Source: Acaryochloris marina S15 (GTDB lineage: Bacteria > Cyanobacteriota > Cyanobacteriia > Thermosynechococcales > Thermosynechococcaceae). From it: a DNA stretch of 32,000 nt. The notes below the pieces were generated by a model that saw nothing but the letters and a program-made list of their open reading frames with translations, was not told the DNA's origin and made no database searches. Positions 17,101 to 24,765 of this stretch are shown piece after piece; position 1 is the stretch's first letter, and every line of letters starts with the position of its first letter. Where the stretch lies: contig NZ_CP064924.1 of the NCBI RefSeq assembly GCF_018336915.1, positions 150,001-182,000 on the forward strand, in the 5' to 3' direction. The translations under genes and the position numbers were made by a program.

Positions 17101-17708
17101 AATTCACCGCATTTATAGACCGCTCCATCCTCGCGGAGATTCACCAAGCCATTGGGCGACTCAGGGCACATCGGCGGCCTGAAGAATCCCTGCAAGTGGT
17201 GCTGCTCTCCAATATAGAAATGGATACCCCAGTACAGATAGTCCAAGCCAAGGATCTAACGATTGAAGCAGCCAAGAAAACTGAGCGAGTGCAAATCGCT
17301 ATCAAATCCGCGATTCTCCAGTTGCAGGCTAAAGGCGAGAAAATCACCCAGCAGATCGTTGCGGGCATGACCAAAATCCCAAGGGGCACGATTGCCCGAT
17401 ACTGGCGACTGTTCACTTCGCTATTAGAAAGTTTAAATAGCAAAATGAACAATTCAAGCAATGGGCCAAATCCAGATCAAGAAACCCATCAAGCGATTGC
17501 TGGTGTTCTGGATGAACTGGCGGATCTGCCCGTCAATGAGCTGCTGCCGAGCCTAAATGAGGTGTTCTTTGACTGGCTCAAACCCAAGGAATGGGGGTCT
17601 GTGTGGAGTGAAATCAGCGCATCGGGCCAGATGGCGATTCTGGAGGGTTTGGCGCTGGTATTGCCCGTGAAGATGCTGGAGGGAGCGGTGCCAGAGCTGG
17701 TGGCGTGA
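14199..17708 (+). CDS. Replication primase-helicase (N-terminal Cys motif, DUF3854/Toprim-like region, P-loop NTPase)
   Basis: 1169-aa ORF. It has CDLCGDFKGKC, then a Toprim-like ALVEGTGAK...YPDAG, Walker A SQPGTGKSY (about nt 15720-15747) and Walker B LIWDEPG. The architecture resembles cyanobacterial plasmid Rep proteins (CyRepA type), from memory. Confidence 0.85.
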   Translation: MNSSQSFIPTRKGNPCDLCGDFKGKCSTVENLHLCMSLSGQIAGYRYLGQSKDGLWGKYVVDNGQNLRQEDRERRWQEQRILREKRAQAEAKRHAQSLPAPERDRLYRQLLGQLTLHPADRADLYRRGFTDDQIKDWGVKSVDQWQSLTTELPHTLPGVNLDGRSINTPRPGYLCPILDADNLIVGFQIRSRSSERGRYYWLTGKTRKRPNGPTPHLPTGELPLSIHQPEQITRDSIALVEGTGAKPRILAQRLGLIAIGAAGGLFAASPETLKATLAQLGTTTIEFYPDAGAIQNKSVLRQYRATWELLKDWGYSVRVAWWKQTDKRIHLDIDELDDISQIRLLSVADFEQIVAQCNRLLHKLQDVLTTFIRPSSPTLGFATSNEQQTQTPNLRRTKRTASYDECAEILHTASRRARRSHPRVARLLKAHRRQQHVSRLRLENYRRRIRRRAATSTDHSGRSIHSSPGNHGTLNTTTPLVHEYQPGERLQTWQTLISSGFPYILDTSQPGTGKSYDSGNINPIDFKVSQVIYLSDQHRNPTVSTLERGNGWNDLEARHGGLNRVGNRLQRSAKGDMYAVPANCSRIGVLNALRDKNIPGADTANLICGTCVAREACINAEGPGYGYLNQRRNVLGSPLLRAHPDSLPDPEDYPLENSMLIWDEPGQNYQVKQSVVVTFNDLQQTISTLILYPEVFALVQPLLVALLPLLDGSENLGKYGLKHLEVKGKLPDMAGVKLGEIALLLSPNLGFLNTTSDYGVDLADLPKQLRKAFSERDSEMAEQARNGVVKQWLVPLIRILQGGAGCVQVSHYGLVLNTPTPRHRALAQAAQANVFLDATLSREDLALKLGCSPDEILVVQQAVPDTGNLEVIQVKDMGRVGMSRGGDQTKRIGALAQHYQDLDAVNTRTIDFKKFEKDGAWWRDSRGVNDFLTVQTLVLVGTPCRNLNDLAAEFAIVCGYYPEDDDPQFTAFIDRSILAEIHQAIGRLRAHRRPEESLQVVLLSNIEMDTPVQIVQAKDLTIEAAKKTERVQIAIKSAILQLQAKGEKITQQIVAGMTKIPRGTIARYWRLFTSLLESLNSKMNNSSNGPNPDQETHQAIAGVLDELADLPVNELLPSLNEVFFDWLKPKEWGSVWSEISASGQMAILEGLALVLPVKMLEGAVPELVA

Positions 17709-17851
17709 GGGGACGAGCTTGCAGAGTTAGTGTGTCTATTTAATGCGCGGAAGCTATACAAACACCTTAGTCAGTCATTATTAGGATGGGGGTAAGTTCT
17801 GATTCTGCCTATCGAATTAAATGAATCTTTGCTAACAAACGGCGAGTTCGT

Positions 17852-18628
17852 GTGGAGCAAAAGACACTATTGAATATTTTGGATATACAGCCTAATTTTT
17901 GGGTTTATTGGTTTGCCTTTTGTGGCATTATCATGGGTCGCTACTTTATTACGGCAGGAGGGACTCATTGGCTATTGCATTTAATATTGGGTGAGCAGCT
18001 TTTAGATACTTGGTTTGGGAATAGGCAGCAAGAACAGAAGGCGATTTCAGAAGACATCAAGCTCTCTACCTTGTCAGCTATTTTCTTCGCGCTAAGTGCA
18101 GCCTGTTTTATGGGTTGCTATCAATTAGGAGTGACACGGGTTTACACCCAGTTGAGAGTTCAAGATTTAACCTATCTGGTCACTAGCTACCTTGGTGTAT
18201 TGATACTCCAGGATACGTATTTCTACTTTATGCATCGGCTATTTCACCTACCCATGCTCTTTAAGCGCTTCCACCAAGGACATCATCGGTCTAGAATTCC
18301 AACGCCTTGGACCTCTTTTGCCTTTGATCCCCTAGAAGCAGCCATTCAAGCTTTTTTCTTATTCTGTATTACCTTGATCATTCCCTTGCATTACGATGTT
18401 CTACTTGCTCTTTTGACCACAATGACAATTTGGGCTGTCGGTAATCACCTGGGATTCCAAATCATCCCTGATTCTCGGCTCAGTCGCTGGTGGGGAAGAT
18501 GGTGCATCGGGTCAACCCACCATTTGGTGCACCATAACCGATACTCACGACATTACGGCCTCTATTTCACCTTTTGGGATAAACTTCTGGGAACTCAAGA
18601 TATCAACTACGAAGCGAAGCGCTCATAG
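17852..18628 (+). CDS. Fatty acid hydroxylase / sterol desaturase family membrane protein
   Basis: Histidine boxes HRLFH, HQGHHRS and HHLVHH with several hydrophobic helices. GTG start as in the track; an ATG 27 codons in is an alternative. Confidence 0.8.
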   Translation: MEQKTLLNILDIQPNFWVYWFAFCGIIMGRYFITAGGTHWLLHLILGEQLLDTWFGNRQQEQKAISEDIKLSTLSAIFFALSAACFMGCYQLGVTRVYTQLRVQDLTYLVTSYLGVLILQDTYFYFMHRLFHLPMLFKRFHQGHHRSRIPTPWTSFAFDPLEAAIQAFFLFCITLIIPLHYDVLLALLTTMTIWAVGNHLGFQIIPDSRLSRWWGRWCIGSTHHLVHHNRYSRHYGLYFTFWDKLLGTQDINYEAKRS

Positions 18629-18885
18629 TATTAAGCAAGCTAAACCAGGACAATCAAGCAGAAGAATGACCCACCAACCACCATAGCCACAGCAACCATC
18701 GAATCAATCTTAGGAACTTCTGGGGTTCTCCTTTGGCACTCCACCAGGCCAGAAGTTCGCCCGGTGGAGGTTTGAGGGAGTTTGAGTTTGGTACTACAGT
18801 CATATCAACCAAGAGCTTGTTAGCGTACTGCTTGATAGAATGCAAGAGATGAATAAGAAAGTGGTAAATCTAAGGGTGACGAAAT

Positions 18886-19347
18886 TTGGATGAAGTTGCT
18901 AAAAAGCTAGCAGAATGGCAATGGACCTATGCTCCACAAGATCCTATTGCCTATGCAGAATTAGAAAAACGAATCGCAAAAATCGGTAAAAGATCGAGCT
19001 TAATAACATACTCTGATCTGGTCAGCGGTATAGAGTTTCATTTGCCTAGTGTTGGTGATGGAGATACATATTACATGAACACCTCTGGCTTGACAGGATT
19101 AGATAGACATATTATTGGCGATTTTCTAGGGCAAATTTCATGTCATAGCTATTGTGAGTATGGCTTTATGGCAAACGCACTTGTCGTAAATCGCACTGAA
19201 TATAAGCCAAGTAAGATTTTTTTCGATTGGATGGAGTTACTAAATATATTGCCTGACAAAAAGGAAGACACTGTTTTAAACTTCTGGACAGAGCAAGTCA
19301 ATAAAGCCCACAGCTGGTATAAATCGCAACGAAGGATATCAACTTAA
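18886..19347 (+). CDS. Hypothetical protein
   Basis: 153-aa ORF with a TTG start, in an AT-rich segment. No family recognised. Confidence 0.5.
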   Translation: MDEVAKKLAEWQWTYAPQDPIAYAELEKRIAKIGKRSSLITYSDLVSGIEFHLPSVGDGDTYYMNTSGLTGLDRHIIGDFLGQISCHSYCEYGFMANALVVNRTEYKPSKIFFDWMELLNILPDKKEDTVLNFWTEQVNKAHSWYKSQRRIST

Positions 19348-19542
19348 GTTGATAATGGAGTTCTCCTTGCAGACCTGTACCCCTGGGTTTGACTGGCAGG
19401 CTGGCATCAAGATTACGATCGCACCCACAATACGGCAGATCAGAACGCAACCAAACCTGATGCCAGCGATGGGATAGTTGACAAATCAATTGGAACGGCT
19501 TTTATTGTCTTAATTTATAGGTAATCAAGTACAAGTTTGCAT

Positions 19543-19824
19543 ATGATTAATTGGGTACTTTCTATTGTGGCGCTAGTTGTAGCCCTTACTGTCCTGGGAT
19601 TGCTGCTTGATCGTCTATTCAGAAATCGACGGCCACTTCCCTTGCTTCCACTATTGCACCGAATGCTAATTTTGATGATCGGTCATACCATTACATCCAT
19701 CCTGTTTATAGTAGTGTTGGAACCATCAGGCCCTTGCATGCTATTTATCTCAGGAATTTCTGGTGGCTTTTGGAATGTAATGTGCTCCAAGAAATATGTC
19801 GGACATACTCCAGAGAACGGGTGA
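19543..19824 (+). CDS. Hypothetical small membrane protein
   Basis: ATG at 19543, two codons inside the track TTG start. Two to three hydrophobic helices. Confidence 0.4.
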   Translation: MINWVLSIVALVVALTVLGLLLDRLFRNRRPLPLLPLLHRMLILMIGHTITSILFIVVLEPSGPCMLFISGISGGFWNVMCSKKYVGHTPENG

Positions 19825-20569
19825 TCAGGTTAGCGCCTCCTCTGTAATCATATCTTTTTCTTAGCTATAGACCTCGCGTTGATCCGTTGCTGTCGCTGTT
19901 GAGGTAGACATGAATCCCCCCCGCACAGCTAAAGCTCTACGGGAATTGTGTTTCACGGATAAAATCAAAAAAGTCTCCGCACGGTCAAAGCAAGGTAATC
20001 CCTACGAAGACCGAAGCCTGCCAAACGATTGAACTGATGGAGTTTAAAGCAGACCGATATGTTTTTTTAGGAGCTGGTATCAAACTTGAGATCGCATCCC
20101 CAATACCGAAAACAAGACCGAATAGTTCCTAGCCATCAACGGGTCAACGAGAATTCCCATAGACCCCCTATACTCAAACATTGGAATTCCAATGATTCAA
20201 TCGTGGCAAGGGTTTAAGGTATGCTAAGGACAAGATGTTCTTAGCATCAAAGGCATCTTGGCAAAGCTTCCTGAGTTTGACTCGCAGTCTGGTCTTGTGG
20301 TTTGCGATGGTCTACAAACTACAATACCACCAACAGCCAAAATCCCAGACACACCAAAGATAGCCCAGGTCCAGGAAGCTCCCAGGTGAGGGCTTGAGAG
20401 GGGCCTCCAAGGTACTGGGAATTGATGGGGGAGTGTGGGGCTTTCTCGACATGAAAGGTAGGGTTTTCATACTTCTCAATCAAAGGTCAGATATTGCATA
20501 TTGGAGTTAAGACAAACAAAGCGGTTACTGCCGCTACACGATTAATAGTCATTGTGAGGTAAAAATCCT

Positions 20570-21070
20570 ATGATGATTCGCTACTGGAACCCAATTGAAG
20601 AAGTAGATTCTGTTCGTCACCAACTTGATCATCTTTTTGAAGGAATTTTCGATACTGATGAATCCCCAACCCATGCAAGTTGGACGCCTGCAATAGATCT
20701 CTGGGATAGGGGAGATGCCTTAATTCTGAAAGCCTTTTTACCCGGTGTAAAATCAGAAGACCTAGACATCCAAGCTACTCGTGAATCTATTTCGATCTCT
20801 GGAGAACGTCATATTGGCCAATTAGAAGAAGGTGCACGACGGTTATTCACAGACATTAATTATGGTCGCTTCCGTCGAGCTGCTAAACTGCCCATTGCTA
20901 TCCAAAATACGGAAGTAGAGGCGTCTTTTGAGCAAGGCATTCTCACTCTCACACTTCCTAAGGTTGAAACAGAACAGAACAAAGTTGTCAAAGTCAACCT
21001 TTTAGACAGCAATAATGGCGAGACTTCTCAGACCGAATTAGAGTCTAGCCACACCTCTGAAGATAGCTAA
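20570..21070 (+). CDS. Hsp20/alpha-crystallin small heat-shock protein
   Basis: WTPAIDLWDRGDALILKAFLPGVKSEDLDIQ...GILTLTLPK is a typical alpha-crystallin domain. Confidence 0.9.
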   Translation: MMIRYWNPIEEVDSVRHQLDHLFEGIFDTDESPTHASWTPAIDLWDRGDALILKAFLPGVKSEDLDIQATRESISISGERHIGQLEEGARRLFTDINYGRFRRAAKLPIAIQNTEVEASFEQGILTLTLPKVETEQNKVVKVNLLDSNNGETSQTELESSHTSEDS

Positions 21071-21095
21071 CACAAGTCTCTGGATTCAAGTCCCT

Positions 21096-21162
21096 AATTT
21101 AAGCGCAGGAAGATCTAAAGCATGTAATTGCACAGGCTAGCAGATCTTCCTGCGCTTAAATT
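21096..21162 (+). terminator. Perfect 21-bp inverted repeat downstream of hsp20
   Basis: AATTTAAGCGCAGGAAGATCT (21096-21116) and its exact reverse complement (21142-21162), with a 25-nt loop. Confidence 0.55.
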
Positions 21163-21298
21163 ATTAATTCAAAAATGGGAAGGCGGTCCAGGACGATAAT
21201 CCACCAAGCAAATTAACCACGATGCAGCTCTAAAGCTTGATAGCATAAACTCAAACAATCAATCTGGAGAGACTCCCAAGATACCCAGCACTCGTGAA

Positions 21299-21523
21299 AT
21301 GTTCAAAGCGATACCCCTGACAGATAAGCCAGAGGGGGTTTCCATGTGTGGGATGTCTCAGGCGACCTTTGCCCAGCACTGTTTTACAAACAAATGGTAT
21401 GAGCTTTCTGCAAATGGTCAGATCATTGGCTCAGCCCTAGATTTGGACTTCTACAAGCATGGCAGTCAGCAAGGGCCAAGTACACGGTCTACGGTCAAAA
21501 CCAAGGAACTGTCGAAGGTTTAA
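21299..21523 (+). CDS. Small conserved protein, family A copy 1
   Basis: 74 aa. It shares KPxG(V/I)SxCG(M/I)S.AT.A.HCFT.KWYELS..GQIIGSAL with 27526-27681. Many differences between the copies are synonymous third-position changes, which supports a real CDS. Confidence 0.6.
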   Translation: MFKAIPLTDKPEGVSMCGMSQATFAQHCFTNKWYELSANGQIIGSALDLDFYKHGSQQGPSTRSTVKTKELSKV

Positions 21524-21532
21524 AGTTTTTTG

Positions 21533-21799
21533 CTAACTTGAAAAGTATTTGCTTTCCCGGATGGACTTTGCAACTTGCTCCTTCGGAATAATGGCCGTTG
21601 ATGTACCACTGCAATACGGCGGTACTTCCTCTGGATGACAAGTGTCCCAAGCCGCAGTCATTGCTCTAACTGCGGATTCTAATGGAATGTTCTGAAGGGT
21701 TTCACAATGGTGGAATTTGAGGCTGATCGCAAGTTGCATTCTTAGGCAAGATATCTCATCTAATCCAACCACTTCACCTGAATCTCTTTGCTTTCCCAT
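21533..21799 (-). CDS. Small conserved protein, family B copy 1
   Basis: ATG at 21799 preceded by AAGGAG; the track start at 21817 is a GTG inside that SD. SLKFHHC.TLQNIPLESAVRAMTAAWDTCHPE...STAIIPKEQVAKSIRESKYF is shared with 28220-28480. Confidence 0.65.
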   Translation of the reverse strand: MGKQRDSGEVVGLDEISCLRMQLAISLKFHHCETLQNIPLESAVRAMTAAWDTCHPEEVPPYCSGTSTAIIPKEQVAKSIRESKYFSS

Positions 21800-21938
21800 G
21801 CCAGTTCTCTCCTTCACAATACCTCAAGCTTAGTGTGAACAAAGTATCTATGAAATTGACTCAATCACTAGATTTCGTCCTACACTCAATAGCAATTAAT
21901 TTGCTTATCCAATTGGGGGACAGTAGATATGAGGTTTA

Positions 21939-22331
21939 ATGATGCCGAAGAAAACTAACAAACTAAATAAGCCTTTAACGGGGAAAGCGCTATTGACCCA
22001 AGTTAAATCCCTAAACGATTTGACTCGTGAAGAAAAAGCCAAAGCCTGTGGGTACTACAAAGTCACTAAAGATGGCACAGAACGCATCAACGTCATGGCC
22101 TTCCTCAATGCAGTTTTGGACGCAGAAGGAATGGACCTAGATGCAAAAAGCAAGAGCAACAAGAAGATGGAAGGACGACCCTCCACCTTTCGCATCAGCG
22201 TACAATCCAATGGCAATCTATTGGTCGGCAATGCCTACACCAAGAGAATGGAACTGCAACCGGGAGATGAGTTTGAAATCGCTCTAGGGCGTAAACATAT
22301 TCATTTGAAACTCAAGACTGAAGAGGATTGA
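21939..22331 (+). CDS. AbrB-family (cyAbrB-like) transcriptional regulator with C-terminal SpoVT/AbrB domain
   Basis: The C-terminal FRISVQSNGNLLVGNAYTKRMELQPGDEFEIALGRKHIHLK matches the swapped-hairpin AbrB fold sequence pattern. A C-terminal position for this domain is typical of cyanobacterial AbrB-like proteins. Confidence 0.75.
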   Translation: MMPKKTNKLNKPLTGKALLTQVKSLNDLTREEKAKACGYYKVTKDGTERINVMAFLNAVLDAEGMDLDAKSKSNKKMEGRPSTFRISVQSNGNLLVGNAYTKRMELQPGDEFEIALGRKHIHLKLKTEED

Positions 22332-22339
22332 TCGTTGAT

Positions 22340-22377
22340 AAAAAAGACTCCCTAGTATTGTCTTGTACGGGGGAGTC
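22340..22377 (-). terminator. Intrinsic terminator oriented on the minus strand between abrB-like and hup
   Basis: GACTCCC/GGGAGTC 7-bp stem (22346-22352 / 22371-22377). The A6 run at 22340-22345 gives a T6 tail only on the minus strand. Confidence 0.45.
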
Positions 22378-22523
22378 GAAAAAGCCTTTGTAACTTCACT
22401 ACATGGCAAAAACAGAGGGAGTTATTTCCAACATACGTCTATGGCCCATTGATATTGCCAGGTTCCCAAATAAATCCTACAATCCCTGCTATACAATGCT
22501 CATAAGCACTTTGAGGCAAGACC

Positions 22524-22799
22524 ATGAACAAAGGCGAGTTAGTAGACGAGATTGCTGAAAATACTGAAGTCACAAAGAAACAGGCCGATACCATCCTCAC
22601 GGCACTAACAGACATCATCATCGAGACTGTCAGCTCTGGCGAAAAGGTCATTCTGGTGGGCTTCGGCAGCTTTGAGGCCAGGGACCGCAAGGCCAAGGAC
22701 GGGCGCAATCCACAGACAGGGAAAAAGCTCAAAATCCCTGCAACAAGGGTCCCTGCTTTCAGTGCGGGCAAGGTCTTCAAGGAGAAGGTCAACGGCTGA
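22524..22799 (+). CDS. hup: HU family DNA-binding protein
   Basis: MNKGELVDEIAE...VILVGFGSFEARDRKAKDGRNPQTGKKLKIPATRVPAFSAGKVFKEKV is the canonical HU/IHF sequence. Confidence 0.95.
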   Translation: MNKGELVDEIAENTEVTKKQADTILTALTDIIIETVSSGEKVILVGFGSFEARDRKAKDGRNPQTGKKLKIPATRVPAFSAGKVFKEKVNG

Positions 22800-22842
22800 T
22801 AGACTAAGAACATCGCTAAGACTTAACCTCATTCCAACAACT

Positions 22843-22876
22843 AAGCTGGCAGATAGTTCTGAGCATCTGCCAGCTT
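22843..22876 (+). terminator. Hairpin after hup
   Basis: Perfect 12-bp stem AAGCTGGCAGAT/ATCTGCCAGCTT with a 10-nt loop and a weak CTTC tail. Confidence 0.55.
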
Positions 22877-22974
22877 CTTCATGTCGACATCTTTTTCCTG
22901 AGCATCAACGAGATAATCGCTTGATTGCTAGCATTGGGGGGACGACCTCATAACGGCAATGCTCGTGAGGATCG

Positions 22975-23784
22975 ATGATGATTACTACTCCAGACAGTCT
23001 CCATTCCTATCTAAATGAGATGGGTCGCTATCCTCTTCTATCTTCAGAAGAAGAAATCGAACTTGCCAGACAAGTGAAAGCTGGAAATCTTCAAGCCAAA
23101 AAGAGGATGATTGTCTCCAATTTGCGTCTGGTCGTCTCAATCGCCAAGAAACACCAGAACCGAGGGTTACCCCTGTTGGACCTAATCCAAGAAGGTAATA
23201 TCGGACTGAACAGAGCTGTAGAAAAGTTCGATCTAACTCAGGGCAATCACTTCAGCACCTATGCATATTGGTGGATCTTACAAGGGGTTACCCAAGCGAT
23301 AAAAACTAAATCACGCCTGATCTACGTGCCTGGGCATTACTGGGCTGTTGACAACAGAATAAAGAAGTGTCACCAAAAGCTAACTCATCAACTTGGAAGA
23401 GAACCCTCGCTTACTGAGTTATCACAGACAATAAACCTCAATCCAGATGTGATCCGACAGACACTGAAACTATTCCAAAAAGTGTCTTCTCTCGATCAAC
23501 TCGTAGGTGAACAACAAACAAGTACTCTTATCGACTTGATTCAAAAAGAGGATGCACCCATACCTTACATGGAGTCACTACAACTTGATGATGAAATCTC
23601 TCGATTAATCGCCCATCTGGATGAACGAGAACAGTTTATTATCAGCCAGAGATATGGTCTAGAGGATGGTCAGCCCAAAACAATGAAAGAAATTGGTCAA
23701 CAGATTGGATTGAGCTACGAAGGTATCCGATCTCTCCTCAAAAGAATCATGAAGAAGCTAGAGAAAAACGCCAAGCCTGCATAA
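22975..23784 (+). CDS. RNA polymerase sigma-70 family factor (short, group 3-like length)
   Basis: Region 2 [18 protein letters not shown]...FSTYAYWWI, and region 4 [31 protein letters not shown]. Confidence 0.9.
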   Translation: MMITTPDSLHSYLNEMGRYPLLSSEEEIELARQVKAGNLQAKKRMIVSNLRLVVSIAKKHQNRGLPLLDLIQEGNIGLNRAVEKFDLTQGNHFSTYAYWWILQGVTQAIKTKSRLIYVPGHYWAVDNRIKKCHQKLTHQLGREPSLTELSQTINLNPDVIRQTLKLFQKVSSLDQLVGEQQTSTLIDLIQKEDAPIPYMESLQLDDEISRLIAHLDEREQFIISQRYGLEDGQPKTMKEIGQQIGLSYEGIRSLLKRIMKKLEKNAKPA

Positions 23785-23945
23785 CATTTCAGCCATTTCT
23801 CGCGTTAACCGATGAAAATTAATATTAAACTGATGGGGCAATACCAATCGAAACCGGAGAGGAGAGAGGAAATCAATGATTGATAGAGTGGAGAAACACA
23901 TGATTTTCCTACTCAAATACCTCACTTCTTATCCACGTACAAATC

Positions 23946-23980
23946 AACTGGCTAGCACCTTTGTAGAGCTGCCAGTTTTT
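23946..23980 (+). terminator. Terminator-like hairpin downstream of sigma (AACTGGC...GCCAGTT + T-run)
   Basis: 7-bp stem, extendable with a bulge, followed by TTTCTTTC. It shares GAGCTGCCAGTTTTTC with the hairpin at 24163. Confidence 0.4.
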
Positions 23981-24162
23981 CTTTCGCTGACCTATCATGG
24001 AATCGCAAATATCGATACCAAACAACCCAGAGATACCAGGAGACAGACAGGGGAAAGACTTAAGACAACTTAGGGGCATAATACCCTTAAACTCAAAATA
24101 ACCAGGAAGGTTGATAAACTGGGTAGCATGGTCAGAATGCTGACCACCCTAGTTACGACTCG

Positions 24163-24195
24163 CTGGCAGACATCTTAGTCGAGCTGCCAGTTTTT
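24163..24195 (+). terminator. Second terminator-like hairpin (CTGGCAG...CTGCCAG + T5)
   Basis: 7-bp stem, 14-nt loop, TTTTT at 24191-24195. Confidence 0.45.
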
Positions 24196-24226
24196 CATGA
24201 CCAATCCCCCTCACTAGGTCCAAGGC

Positions 24227-24359
24227 AAAAAAGAACCCCTGAAGTACCGCAGTAGATTCAAGGGTAAATATTGCGGTTTATTTAAGTCATAGGCAGATGA
24301 AATTAATCCAATAACTCCATCCAAAACCTATCATTCAAATCTGTGGAAATCTTGAAGCC
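24227..24359 (-). repeat. Conserved non-coding element copy B (3' UTR of the DUF1830 gene) ending in an intrinsic terminator
   Basis: Alignable by eye (roughly two thirds identical) with 26370-26485. On the minus strand it ends in the CCCTTGAA...TTCAGGGG stem (24236-24264) followed by TTCTTTTTT. Confidence 0.6.
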
Positions 24360-24429
24360 TAATTAGGAGAGAATTGATGAACCATCACTCCATTGCCCCA
24401 TAGACCGATAAAAGTCACTCTAAAGCTAT

Positions 24430-24765
24430 TTACACCAACACACTGTCATTTGTTACCTTATGAGAAAAGTACTTATCTAAATCTCTGTTAGACTTTGCTT
24501 TTATCCGTTCCAAAGCTAGGCGACAGCAAGGAATAGTGTCAGATAGAACTGAACTGATGAGTGAACCAGAATGCACCTCAAGCTGAGAATCTAAATTTGC
24601 TTCAAATACAAGCTGTTGACCAGGGCAAACTACACGTTCAAAGAAGAAATTAGGCAGCTCTACAATACGAATAATTTGAAAGTTAGAAGTTTGATTAGCA
24701 TAGCGACAACGCAATCCTTGAGACGTCTCTTTGCTGATATCTGGCTTCTCTAAGATTCCTTGCAT
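24430..24765 (-). CDS. DUF1830 domain protein (cyanobacteria-restricted family)
   Basis: CRYANQTSNFQIIRIVELPNFFFERVVCPGQQLVFEA resembles the DUF1830 consensus as I recall it. Confidence 0.65.
   Translation of the reverse strand: MQGILEKPDISKETSQGLRCRYANQTSNFQIIRIVELPNFFFERVVCPGQQLVFEANLDSQLEVHSGSLISSVLSDTIPCCRLALERIKAKSNRDLDKYFSHKVTNDSVLV

Noticed and set aside
18654-18845. 63-aa minus-strand ORF with a Trp/Leu-rich C-terminus
   Set aside because: It has a TTG start, no SD and no similarity, and it sits in a short intergenic gap. The evidence is insufficient to call a gene, though a small membrane protein cannot be excluded.
22439-22953. Minus- and plus-strand ORFs overlapping hup (22439-22813, 22605-22832, 22672-22953)
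   Set aside because: All overlap the unmistakable HU coding frame and have Ser/Arg/Leu-rich shadow-frame composition.
23876-24073. 65-aa + strand ORF after the sigma gene
   Set aside because: It spans the terminator-like hairpin at 23946-23980 and lies in a convergent-terminator intergenic region. It has no SD and no recognisable similarity.
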